From: Crocinitomicaceae bacterium
Lineage (GTDB): Bacteria > Patescibacteriota > Minisyncoccia > Phycocordibacterales > UBA1006
NCBI GenBank assembly: GCA_047637555.1
Contig: JBLIKX010000001.1
Span: 8,294-72,293 of the forward strand
Direction: 5' to 3'
DNA: 64,000 bases
Shown here: positions 52,310-61,548 of the stretch, one piece after another
How the letters are laid out: each line of letters begins with the position of its first letter
Numbering within the stretch: the first letter of the stretch is position 1
Translations under genes and position numbers: made by a program
The notes under the pieces: model-generated
Told to the model about the DNA's origin: nothing
The model's database searches: none
Seen by the model: the letters and a program-made list of their open reading frames with translations, nothing else

Positions 52310-53518
52310 ATGAATGTAGTTATATCTGCAATAATTAATACAGCTTTTGTTTGGCTTCCTGTTATCTTAGGGGTTGTTTTTTGGAAAACATATCTTTCTT
52401 ATAAGCAGAAAGCTTTTTTGGGAAATATAACATATACCATGTTGGAAATCAGTATCCCTAGAAATGTCTATAAATCTCCACAAGCAATGGAGATCGTTAT
52501 TGATGTTCTTCATCATCTTGGTGGAGGAGCTATGGGTAAATATAATCGTATATGGGATGGCGCTGTCTTATATCCTTCATCGTTGGAGTTAGTATCTATC
52601 GAAGGAAAAATTTATTTCTTTATTAGATGTTCTGATAAATTAGCACGAACCGTAAAAACCGCTCTTTATTCACAATACCCTCAGGCTGAAATTAATGAAG
52701 TTGATGATTATACACGCTATGTGCCTAATTATAATTATCACCAAGACTCTTGGAGTTTATATGGAGCTGATTATAAACTAGCAAAGGATGATTTTATGCC
52801 AATTAAAACTTATATTGATTATGAGTTAGATAAAAATGTAGGCTCGTTAGATGAAGAACAGAAAATTGACCCTATTGCGCCACTATTAGAATATTTGGGA
52901 ACGATCAGGTCTGGTGAGCAAATATGGATTCAATTCATTGTGCGTGCTGATCAATTTACAACATGGAGATCTGAAGCTAAAAAATTTATTGAGGAAGTAA
53001 TGGGAAGAGGGAAGCCTATTTTGGATGATGAACCATTTACTACTGTTAAATTAACACATGCCGAGCAAGAACAAGTAAAGGCAATTGAAAGAAGTCTGTC
53101 AAAGTCTGCCTTCGAATGTACTGTGCGTGCCCTATATATGGCACGAAAAGAAAATGAAAATAAAGGAGTTAAGGGCTTTTTTAAGGGACCAATTTTTAAA
53201 GCTTTTAATTCTAATTATCTAAATGCATTTCGAAAAAATGAAGATACTACCTATGATTGGATTTGGCAGGATCTCACAGGATCACGCTATCCGATACTTC
53301 AAAGACGGTTTTTCAATGATTATGTTGAGCGTGCTGGTTTAAATGAAGGGTTCTTGAGGTATGTAAATTTCTTATGGTATAAACGTAATAAACCTATGGT
53401 TTTAACCAGTGAGGAATTAGCTACCCTGTTTCATATTCCTGGACGTGTATCTGAAACAACCGCTGTTGAGCGAATTGAAGCTACAAAATCAGAACCACCA
53501 ACAAACCTACCGATGTAA
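52310..53518 (+). CDS. hypothetical membrane-anchored 402-aa protein
   Basis: Single N-terminal TM then a large soluble domain; no motif recognised. Confidence 0.4.
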   Translation: MNVVISAIINTAFVWLPVILGVVFWKTYLSYKQKAFLGNITYTMLEISIPRNVYKSPQAMEIVIDVLHHLGGGAMGKYNRIWDGAVLYPSSLELVSIEGKIYFFIRCSDKLARTVKTALYSQYPQAEINEVDDYTRYVPNYNYHQDSWSLYGADYKLAKDDFMPIKTYIDYELDKNVGSLDEEQKIDPIAPLLEYLGTIRSGEQIWIQFIVRADQFTTWRSEAKKFIEEVMGRGKPILDDEPFTTVKLTHAEQEQVKAIERSLSKSAFECTVRALYMARKENENKGVKGFFKGPIFKAFNSNYLNAFRKNEDTTYDWIWQDLTGSRYPILQRRFFNDYVERAGLNEGFLRYVNFLWYKRNKPMVLTSEELATLFHIPGRVSETTAVERIEATKSEPPTNLPM

Positions 53519-53523
53519 TTACT

Positions 53524-54504
53524 ATGTCTGAATATCTGTATCTGTATAAAAAGCAAAATAATCATTTGAAGAAAAAATTGATATACCTTATTAGTTTTTT
53601 TGTTATTGTGGGACTTCTATTTTTGGTGTTTCTCTATAGTCATATTTTTGGATCACAATCGCTTGAGTTAGAAAAACAAATCACTATTCCTCAAGGGTTT
53701 TCATTAAATAAAACTGCAGAATTATTAGTTTCAGAAGGTGTTCTTAATTCTCGAATAAGTCTTATTTTACTTGATAAACAGCAAGGCATATCAGTAAAAG
53801 CAGGAGATTATTTATTCTCAGGAATACAATACCCACGAGAGATTGCACAACGATTAAATACGGGAGCACATGGAGATGTATATATAAAATTAACGATTCC
53901 CGAAGGTTCTACTTTGATACAGGTAGCTGATATTATTTCCCGCTCCTCATTTGAATTCGATAAAGACGTATTTGAAAAAGAAACAAAAGGTTTGGAAGGA
54001 TATTTATTCCCAGATACCTACAGTTTCTTACCGTCTACTGATACCTCAGAGATTGTACGGGTTCTTACACAAACCTTTAGAAATAAAACAGATTCATTGC
54101 AAGTAGAAATCCAAAAATCTAGTAGATCCCTTAAAGATATTATTATTATGGCCTCTCTCTTAGAGAAAGAAGCTACTGGCAACATTGAAGAACAAAAAAC
54201 AGTTGCTGGCATTCTCTGGAAACGTCTTGATCAGGGTAAATTACTCCAAGTTGATGCACCCTTTAAATATATTTATGGGGAAGTTAAGGCTTCTGACTTG
54301 CGCAAGGACGGTCCTTATAATACTTATACTCGCTTAGGACTGACACCTACACCAATTGGGAATCCTGGTTTAGCCTCAATTCAGGCGGCAATTAACCCTA
54401 CTCAAAGTCCTTATTATTTTTACCTGCATGGTAAAAATGGAAATATTTATTATGGCGTTACCTATAGGGAGCATATTAATAATATTAATCGCTATTTACG
54501 GTAA
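53524..54504 (+). CDS. mltG: endolytic murein transglycosylase MltG (YceG-like)
   Basis: N-terminal TM, 'GYLFPDTYSF' signature, C-terminal 'YYFYLHG'. Confidence 0.75.
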   Translation: MSEYLYLYKKQNNHLKKKLIYLISFFVIVGLLFLVFLYSHIFGSQSLELEKQITIPQGFSLNKTAELLVSEGVLNSRISLILLDKQQGISVKAGDYLFSGIQYPREIAQRLNTGAHGDVYIKLTIPEGSTLIQVADIISRSSFEFDKDVFEKETKGLEGYLFPDTYSFLPSTDTSEIVRVLTQTFRNKTDSLQVEIQKSSRSLKDIIIMASLLEKEATGNIEEQKTVAGILWKRLDQGKLLQVDAPFKYIYGEVKASDLRKDGPYNTYTRLGLTPTPIGNPGLASIQAAINPTQSPYYFYLHGKNGNIYYGVTYREHINNINRYLR

Positions 54505-54529
54505 ATAGTGATTGTGTACAATACAAGGT

Positions 54530-55069
54530 ATGAAGAATAAGAACTTAGCATTTATTGATATTGAGACTACTGGTTTTGACCCTGAGACACAGGAGATTAT
54601 TGAAATTGGTTGTGTCATTATAAAACAAAACGAAGGAGTTCCTGGTGAAATAGTAGAAGAATTTGAATTAAAAATCAAACCTGAAAAATTAGAAAACGCA
54701 GACCCAGAAGCACTTTCAATTAATGGGTATAACGAAGCAGAATGGTTATTTGCATCGAACTTAAAACAGGCTATGAAAGTTTTTGCAGATAAAACCAAAG
54801 AATGCATTTTTGTCGCACACAATGCTGCATTTGATTGGTCGTTTATTGCAAAAGCATTTGTTACAACAGGTGTCAAAAATAAAATGTTCTATGCTAAAAT
54901 CGATACTATTTCATTTGCCTTTGCCAAACTACACAAGGATGCAACTGTTACTCGATATAATTTAGGTTCTCTTTGTGACAGATTTGGTATTACGAATGAT
55001 CGTGCCCATACTGCTCTAGCTGATACGCATGCAACTCTTGAGGTATATAAAAAACTTCTTGAGCTATAA
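54530..55069 (+). CDS. DEDDh 3'-5' exonuclease (DnaQ/epsilon-like, standalone)
   Basis: Exo I 'LAFIDIETTGFDPE', Exo II 'FVAHNAAFDWSF', Exo III 'HTALADTHATLEVY'. The track ORF starts at 54512. Confidence 0.65.
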   Translation: MKNKNLAFIDIETTGFDPETQEIIEIGCVIIKQNEGVPGEIVEEFELKIKPEKLENADPEALSINGYNEAEWLFASNLKQAMKVFADKTKECIFVAHNAAFDWSFIAKAFVTTGVKNKMFYAKIDTISFAFAKLHKDATVTRYNLGSLCDRFGITNDRAHTALADTHATLEVYKKLLEL

Positions 55070-55130
55070 AAAAGACACTGAAAAGTGTTTTTATCTTGGA
55101 TTAGAGATTATGATATAATAAAAGTATATT

Positions 55131-55556
55131 ATGCGATACCGAGTATCATGTGGAGTTATACCAGTACATATAAACACGAATGGAAAGATTCGTTTTTTAC
55201 TAGTGCAAGGGCACGGTGACTATTGGGGTTTTCCAAAAGGGCATAAAGAAGGTAACGAAACCCATCTACAAACAGCAATTCGTGAGCTACAAGAGGAAAC
55301 GCAATTAGTAGCTGATAGTTTTTTTGGTAACACTATTTTTACAGAACGATATCGTATACCTAAAAAACGAGGAAGCGATATTATTAAAAAAGTTATTTAT
55401 TTTATTGGTATTATATCTGATACTCGGGTAGTTAGGCAGACTACAGAACTTAAAAATCACGGCTGGTTTAGCTTTGAAGATGCACAGTCAAAACTTTTAG
55501 AGAATCGGGTTGTGATGCTTTCTGAGTTAATGCATTTGCTAGAAAAAAATACTTGA
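55131..55556 (+). CDS. NUDIX hydrolase
   Basis: Nudix box 'GHKEGNETHLQTAIRELQEETQL' (G-x5-E-x7-REuxEExGu). Confidence 0.7.
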   Translation: MRYRVSCGVIPVHINTNGKIRFLLVQGHGDYWGFPKGHKEGNETHLQTAIRELQEETQLVADSFFGNTIFTERYRIPKKRGSDIIKKVIYFIGIISDTRVVRQTTELKNHGWFSFEDAQSKLLENRVVMLSELMHLLEKNT

Positions 55557-55601
55557 CGTATTTTTTTTAATATGTATTCTTAAGCTAGAAAAAGCCACAC
55601 A

Positions 55602-56453
55602 ATGAAAAAAAATAAAAATGCTAAAAAAGCAAGGCAAGCAAGAATTGCTCGAAAGCAAAGAATAGCAAATATTAATAAGCAGACAAGGCAGGCTAAAAAT
55701 CTTAAGAAACATATTATTCTTTCATACAAAATAGATGAACCTCGTATATTTAAGGTGCTTAAAGAAGAATTTAAAAAAGAATTTACTTCTAATGAATTCC
55801 CAGTAACAGTTACCTCATTAGGGGCGACAGATACTTCTCCTTACCCAAGAATTCAAGTTATATTTCGTTATTTATTATGGAAGCAAGAAGAAGTATTTAC
55901 TTTTTATATTACTGATAGTCCGAGGCTACTAGCATTTGTTGATGCTAATGCTTATGATGTATGGTACCAAATAGGTAAAATTCAAGATTTTCAAGATGAA
56001 AAGAAATTATCAAAAAAAATCCGAGAGATAATTATCTCAAAGAAAAAAGGGAGTAATACTGAATTTAAATTTCTTAAATTTCTGCAATCCGTTATTCCAA
56101 ATTATTTCGAGGTAAAATACGGAAGTAATTTAGATGGGTTAAATATTGATTTTTTTATAGCTAAAAAAGGATGCAAATTCGGCGAAGGTTTTCAAGTTAA
56201 AAGTTCATCTCTTTTTATAGATAGTGAAGGAAAAAAAATAGGTGAAGTAGTAAAAAACTCTTTTCTCCTCATTAAGGATAAAGTTCCTAAACCTATAAAT
56301 GCAGATTATGAATATGCTATTAATGATATCCATACTGTTTATTTAGATAAAAAGACTTTTATTTTACGTGATGGTTTCGGAGACCGCCCCGCAGAACCCA
56401 CTATTTTAGAATTAATTTCTAAACTGGAATCTGAATATTCGAAAACAAACTAA
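55602..56453 (+). CDS. hypothetical protein with highly basic N-terminus
   Basis: 'MKKNKNAKKARQARIARKQRIANINKQTRQAKNLKKH' followed by an unassigned domain. Confidence 0.4.
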   Translation: MKKNKNAKKARQARIARKQRIANINKQTRQAKNLKKHIILSYKIDEPRIFKVLKEEFKKEFTSNEFPVTVTSLGATDTSPYPRIQVIFRYLLWKQEEVFTFYITDSPRLLAFVDANAYDVWYQIGKIQDFQDEKKLSKKIREIIISKKKGSNTEFKFLKFLQSVIPNYFEVKYGSNLDGLNIDFFIAKKGCKFGEGFQVKSSSLFIDSEGKKIGEVVKNSFLLIKDKVPKPINADYEYAINDIHTVYLDKKTFILRDGFGDRPAEPTILELISKLESEYSKTN

Positions 56454-56508
56454 TACATTGCTTTACTTATCAATCTATGAATATAGACTAATAACGTAAA
56501 GTTTTTTT

Positions 56509-57600
56509 ATGCAAAAACAAGAAAATAAAAAAACAATATTCGTAGGGGTTTCTGGTGGGGTAGACTCATCGGTTTCTGCTGCACTCTTAAAAGATCAGGG
56601 ATATTATGTCGTTGGTGTTTTTATGCGCACATGGCAACCAGATTGGATTGAATGTACTTGGACAGACGAACGGCGTGATGCTATGCGAGTTTGTGCTCAT
56701 TTAGATATCCCTTTCGTAGAGCTAGATCTAGAAAAAGAATACAAAGAAGGTGTAGCTGATTATATGATTAGTGAATATCGTTCTGGCAGGACTCCAAACC
56801 CAGATGTTATGTGTAATAGAGAGGTTAAGTTCGGTGGCTTCTTGAAATGGGCACTGGAAAAAGGTGCTGATTATATCGCGACTGGTCATTACGTAGATAG
56901 GCTTGTTGATGCTGTTGGTACTGTTACTATGTTGCGCGGTAATGATGCTCAAAAAGATCAGTCATATTTTCTTTGGACACTCGAACAAGAGCAATTAAGA
57001 CACGTTCGTTTTCCAATAGGAAACATTCCAAAATCTAAAGTCCGAAAATTAGCAAAACAATATAATCTACCAACAGCAACAAAAAAAGACTCACAAGGTA
57101 TTTGCTTTATTGGAGAAATAGATATGAAAGATTTCCTGGGGCATTATATTGATGAGCAACCAGGTGAGGTTGTAAATGTTTTTGGGGACAAAATTGGTAC
57201 ACACAAAGGGTCATTATTTTATACTATTTCAGAACGTCATGGTTTCACTATTAATCCTCAATACAAAGGAACGAATGACAAACCCTATTATGTTATTGCC
57301 AAAGATCTTGAGCTAAATACTATTACGGTTTCTCAGGAACCAAAAAAAAACCAAGGAACTAAGAAAAAAGTATCACTTATTGATATTGTTGATAATAAAA
57401 ATCATCTCAAAAAAGGAATGATACTTCAGGTGCAAATTCGCTATAGAGGTCAGGTAAAGAATATCAAGATTTTAGATATTAATTGCGAACAAAAAACAGC
57501 AGAAATAGAATTTTTTGAATCTGATGCTACTCTTGCAGCAGGGCAGTCAGTAGTTTTCTATAGAGAACAGGAATGCCTTGGAGGAGGTATTCTTGCCTAA
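56509..57600 (+). CDS. mnmA: tRNA-specific 2-thiouridylase
   Basis: PP-loop 'VGVSGGVDSSVSAALL', catalytic Cys region 'NPDVMCNREVKF', 'GICFIGE'. Confidence 0.85.
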   Translation: MQKQENKKTIFVGVSGGVDSSVSAALLKDQGYYVVGVFMRTWQPDWIECTWTDERRDAMRVCAHLDIPFVELDLEKEYKEGVADYMISEYRSGRTPNPDVMCNREVKFGGFLKWALEKGADYIATGHYVDRLVDAVGTVTMLRGNDAQKDQSYFLWTLEQEQLRHVRFPIGNIPKSKVRKLAKQYNLPTATKKDSQGICFIGEIDMKDFLGHYIDEQPGEVVNVFGDKIGTHKGSLFYTISERHGFTINPQYKGTNDKPYYVIAKDLELNTITVSQEPKKNQGTKKKVSLIDIVDNKNHLKKGMILQVQIRYRGQVKNIKILDINCEQKTAEIEFFESDATLAAGQSVVFYREQECLGGGILA

Positions 57601-57957
57601 ATTTAATATATATTGTTTTATTCAACTAATGGGTTTATCTATGATTTCTGATAATTTTTTTTGCTACATGCTACATTAATGAAGTAAGTGCCGCTTATGA
57701 ATCAGGTGAAATTATTGGAGAGCATTATTGAAAATTAGCTATTGCAATTAACAAAAATACAATTTACCAAGTGTTACAAGATCTAAAGAATAAGCTGCAT
57801 TTCTATTTTTATTAATAAGTGCACTTGCTCCTAAAATTGGATTTAGTCATGGAAAATGGTGAAGACGGTTTGCCCTAACACTAGGGTACATACTCGTGCG
57901 GGTCTAGCTTGTCTTTATTTTATGGTGTAGCATTTAATTTTTTTTAGAAAATAATAA

Positions 57958-57985
57958 CCCCCGAGTTTATCGGGGGACTTTTTTA
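57958..57985 (+). promoter_or_regulatory. terminator-like hairpin in the mgtC 5' leader (possible attenuator)
   Basis: CCCCCGA-GTTTA-TCGGGGG followed by ACTTTTTT, 30 nt before the mgtC start and 350 nt after the mnmA stop. Confidence 0.35.
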
Positions 57986-58014
57986 TCTAAAGTGTATCAT
58001 GGTAGTATATAATT

Positions 58015-58494
58015 ATGACAGAATTTGAAATGATATTACGATTGGTACTAGCCTTAGTACTTGGTGCGTTTATTGGCGTAGAGCGAATCCATGCAGGAAA
58101 AAGTGCAGGAATTAGAACTCTCGGATTGGTTGCCTTGGGTTCAGCATTATTTACTATTATCTCGGAAAACGTTGTTGCTGGGTATCCTGGTCTAGACGTT
58201 GATCCATTACGCGTTGGTGCTCAGATAGTAACAGGTATTGGTTTCTTAGGAGCTGGTATGATTATATTTAAGCAAGATCACCTTTCAAACCTTACAACAG
58301 CTGCTGGGGTTTGGGTTGCGGCAGGAATTGGAATGTCGGTTGGTTTTGGTATGTATGGAGTGGGGATTGCGGTAACTATACTTGTTATTATTACCTTTTC
58401 TTTAATGCTTAATTTAGAAATTTACGTTAAACGATTATTTAACAAAAATAACCATTCACAAAAAAATGACCTTACTGAATCTGCTATGAAATAG
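58015..58494 (+). CDS. mgtC: MgtC/SapB family membrane protein
   Basis: 'LRLVLALVLGAFIGVERIHAGKSAGIRT' is the MgtC N-terminal signature. Confidence 0.7.
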   Translation: MTEFEMILRLVLALVLGAFIGVERIHAGKSAGIRTLGLVALGSALFTIISENVVAGYPGLDVDPLRVGAQIVTGIGFLGAGMIIFKQDHLSNLTTAAGVWVAAGIGMSVGFGMYGVGIAVTILVIITFSLMLNLEIYVKRLFNKNNHSQKNDLTESAMK

Positions 58495-58558
58495 TTATTG
58501 ATACAAACCTTGTAGGATTTTTCTTGCTCAAAATGAGTCTTCATCTACAATATACGAG

Positions 58559-59197
58559 ATGAATGTTACTGATGTTTCAAAAAAATACTTATGGATAGAG
58601 CTTATATTACTCTTTGTAATTATTCCTCTTTTACTTGCTCTTCCAGCTTTTATAGAATTAAAAATATTCTCTGTAATAATCGGTTTTGTATATGTACTAT
58701 TCGCTCTCTATGAATATACAAAATTCAAAATTAAAAAACCTCAAAAAAAGCTTATTACATTTTTTTGGAAATCAATTATATTTCGTCTAATTCCAATTAT
58801 AATTTTTGGTCTTATTTTTATAAAATTTATATCACCTGAATCTTTCTTTCGTTTGGTTATTGAGGATACTCGTTTGTGGATAGTAATTATTTTTTTCTAT
58901 AGTCTTGGTTCGGTATTACCTCAAGAGATTATTTACCGAAATTTCTTTTTTCAAAGATACCACTCGTTAATATTGAATCGGAAGTTATTTATTATTATAA
59001 ATGCATTTCTTTTTGCAATAAGTCATTCTTTTCTTAATAGTTGGATTGTTATCGCTGTTACGTTCTTGGGTGGATTAATGTTTGCTTTGACCTATGAAAA
59101 AACTAGATCTACGATATTAGTCACCATAGAGCACTCACTCTATGGTTTAGTATTATTTACAATTGGAATTGGCCCATTACTTGCGTTTCCATCTTAG
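58559..59197 (+). CDS. CPBP-family intramembrane metalloprotease (CAAX protease-like)
   Basis: 'PQEIIYRNFFFQRY' (EExxxR) and 'FAISHSFLN' (FxxxH) motifs within TM helices. Confidence 0.6.
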   Translation: MNVTDVSKKYLWIELILLFVIIPLLLALPAFIELKIFSVIIGFVYVLFALYEYTKFKIKKPQKKLITFFWKSIIFRLIPIIIFGLIFIKFISPESFFRLVIEDTRLWIVIIFFYSLGSVLPQEIIYRNFFFQRYHSLILNRKLFIIINAFLFAISHSFLNSWIVIAVTFLGGLMFALTYEKTRSTILVTIEHSLYGLVLFTIGIGPLLAFPS

Positions 59198-59336
59198 AAA
59201 AAAACTTAACAGAAATCTCGTATTTATTTTTGTTGCAGAAATTAAATAGATAAAAAGAGAAGTGCTACTATTGTGGATCTATGTAATAAATATAAATCGA
59301 CTTTTTTAATTTGTTTTTTGCCTTCTTTCATTTAGA

Positions 59337-61157
59337 ATGATAGATATGACATCACAGGAAATACGAAAACGATTCTTAGCGTTCTTTGAAAAACGCGGAC
59401 ATGCTATCTTGCCTTCAGCATCATTAATTACTACTGATGATCCAAAGGCCACAAATGCAACATTATTCAATACTGCGGGTATGCAACCCTTGATTCCTTT
59501 TTTAATGGGACAAAAACATGATACTGGAAAGCGTCTCGCAAGTTCACAAAAATGTGTGCGAACAGGTGACCTGGAAGAAGTCGGTGATAATACTCACGTG
59601 ACATTCTTTGAGATGCTTGGGAACTGGTCTCTTGGTGATTATTTTAAAAAGGAGGCTATCTCTTGGTCATGGGAATTCCTGACTGATACTGATGAAGGTC
59701 TTGGTCTTGATCCAGAGCGTTTATATGTAACAGTATTTATTGGAAATGATATGGTTCCACGTGATAATGAGGCTGTAGAAATTTGGAAACAGTTTATTCC
59801 TGAAAATCGAATTTATTACCGAGACTCAAAAGACAACTGGTGGACCGCAGGACCTAATTCTCCAGCAGGACCATCAACTGAAATATTTTATGACCTTACC
59901 GGAGAACTTGGTGATCTATCTGATACAGAATTTGAAAAAGCTGATAAAGATCAACAGGTCGTGGAGATTTGGAACGATGTATTTATGGTATATAAACAAG
60001 AAAGAGGTGAGGTAACAGGTAAACTCTCACAGAGAAATGTGGATACGGGTGCAGGGTTGGAGCGTTTAACTGCAGTTACGCAAGGAAAAAATAATATTTT
60101 TGATACTGATTTATTTTTACCACTACTAAATATCATAAAGGAAAATGCAGAAAAATATGAACAAAAGCATGCCCGAATTTTAGCTGATCATATTAAGACA
60201 TCTGTATTTCTCATTAATGATGGTGTTATTATTTCAAATACAGGGCGAGGGTATGTACTACGACGTATATTAAGGCGGGCTTATTCATCACTCGAAGCAA
60301 TGGAATGTTCTGAAAAAATTATTCCAGAACTTATTCATACTGTTGTTAATATGTATAAAGATTTATATTTTAAAAATGTTGATGAAAAGAAGATAGCAAT
60401 TAAAATAAAGGTAGTTGCAACAGAAATGGATAAGGTTATTAATATCATCAAGCGTGGAGTAAAAATATTTAAGAAAATAAAAGAAAATCCACATACCTTG
60501 ATTACAGGAAAATTTTTAATGGATCTAGAGCAAACCCAAGGTCTGCCATTATCTATGTCAAAAAAATTGGCCAAAAAATTCGGTATTGAAATTTCAGATG
60601 ACTCATTAGAGGAATGTAAAAAAATAAGAGTTGAACATCAGGAACTATCTCGAACGGGAGCAGATCAAAAATTTAAAGGAGGTTTATCTCAGGACACACC
60701 AAAAATTAGAGCACTTCATACCGCTACGCACTTGATGCTTGCTGGTCTTCGTAAGGAACTCGGAAATGACGTTCATCAAAAAGGTTCAAATATTACCGAA
60801 GAGAGAACACGTTTTGATTTTACGCATGGAGAAAAAGTTTCTCGAGAGATATTAAATAAGGTGGAATTATATGTAAGGGATGCAATTACTACAAATGCGA
60901 AAATGGGCGTTCAGTTAATGGAAAAGGAAAAGGCAAAGAATTCTGATGTTGTTGGTTCATTTTGGGAAAAATATCCAGATATCGTAAAGGTATGGACTAT
61001 TATAGATAAAGACCAAAATATTTACTCAAAGGAATTGTGCGGAGGACCACATGTGGAAGATCTATCACAGATTGCAGAATTTGGGGTATTTAAAATAAAA
61101 AAAGAGGAATCGTCATCCGCAGGCGTTCGTCGTATCAAAGCCATTCTGGAAAAATAA
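59337..61157 (+). CDS. alaS: alanyl-tRNA synthetase, short form lacking the C-Ala domain
   Basis: 'RKRFLAFFEKRGHAILPSASLI', 'FEMLGNWSLGDYFK', editing-domain 'HTATHLMLAGLRKELGNDVHQKGSNITEERTRFDF', C-terminal 'CGGPHV'. 606 aa against about 870 typical. Confidence 0.85.
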   Translation: MIDMTSQEIRKRFLAFFEKRGHAILPSASLITTDDPKATNATLFNTAGMQPLIPFLMGQKHDTGKRLASSQKCVRTGDLEEVGDNTHVTFFEMLGNWSLGDYFKKEAISWSWEFLTDTDEGLGLDPERLYVTVFIGNDMVPRDNEAVEIWKQFIPENRIYYRDSKDNWWTAGPNSPAGPSTEIFYDLTGELGDLSDTEFEKADKDQQVVEIWNDVFMVYKQERGEVTGKLSQRNVDTGAGLERLTAVTQGKNNIFDTDLFLPLLNIIKENAEKYEQKHARILADHIKTSVFLINDGVIISNTGRGYVLRRILRRAYSSLEAMECSEKIIPELIHTVVNMYKDLYFKNVDEKKIAIKIKVVATEMDKVINIIKRGVKIFKKIKENPHTLITGKFLMDLEQTQGLPLSMSKKLAKKFGIEISDDSLEECKKIRVEHQELSRTGADQKFKGGLSQDTPKIRALHTATHLMLAGLRKELGNDVHQKGSNITEERTRFDFTHGEKVSREILNKVELYVRDAITTNAKMGVQLMEKEKAKNSDVVGSFWEKYPDIVKVWTIIDKDQNIYSKELCGGPHVEDLSQIAEFGVFKIKKEESSSAGVRRIKAILEK

Positions 61158-61199
61158 AACACGTAACGACGTGTTTTATTTTGTGATATAATTAAATAT

Positions 61200-61541
61200 A
61201 TGAAAAAAGCCTTTGAATTAGTCCTTGTATTTATTATTTTTTACGGTGTTTATTCTGCGTTCAATAAAATTACATCAGGTTTCATGCCAGAATTATCAAA
61301 ATTCTGGGTGGTTATTATTAGTCTCCTAGTAGCAGCAGGGTTACTCCTGTTATACTCAGGAATCCTTGTTTCAAGAACAAAACTCAAATTAACTGAAAAA
61401 ATGACTAAAACTGTTGTAGAATTGGAACACAAGATTCACGAAAAAGAAGTTGAGATAGAACATAAAGATTCAGAGTTAAAAAATGCTTTTAAGATCAAGC
61501 ATTCAGTAGAAGAAGAAGCGGAGAAAACCCTGCAAAATTAA
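61200..61541 (+). CDS. small membrane protein with C-terminal coiled-coil
   Basis: Two TM helices then a Glu/Lys-rich helix. Confidence 0.4.
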   Translation: MKKAFELVLVFIIFYGVYSAFNKITSGFMPELSKFWVVIISLLVAAGLLLLYSGILVSRTKLKLTEKMTKTVVELEHKIHEKEVEIEHKDSELKNAFKIKHSVEEEAEKTLQN

Positions 61542-61548
61542 GAGTTAC

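Noticed and set aside
57780-57985. Looked for M-box, c-di-GMP-I (GGGCAAACC) or other riboswitch cores upstream of mgtC.
   Set aside because: 'GGGCAAACC' occurs only on the wrong strand, and no second conserved block was found. Only the terminator-like hairpin is reported.
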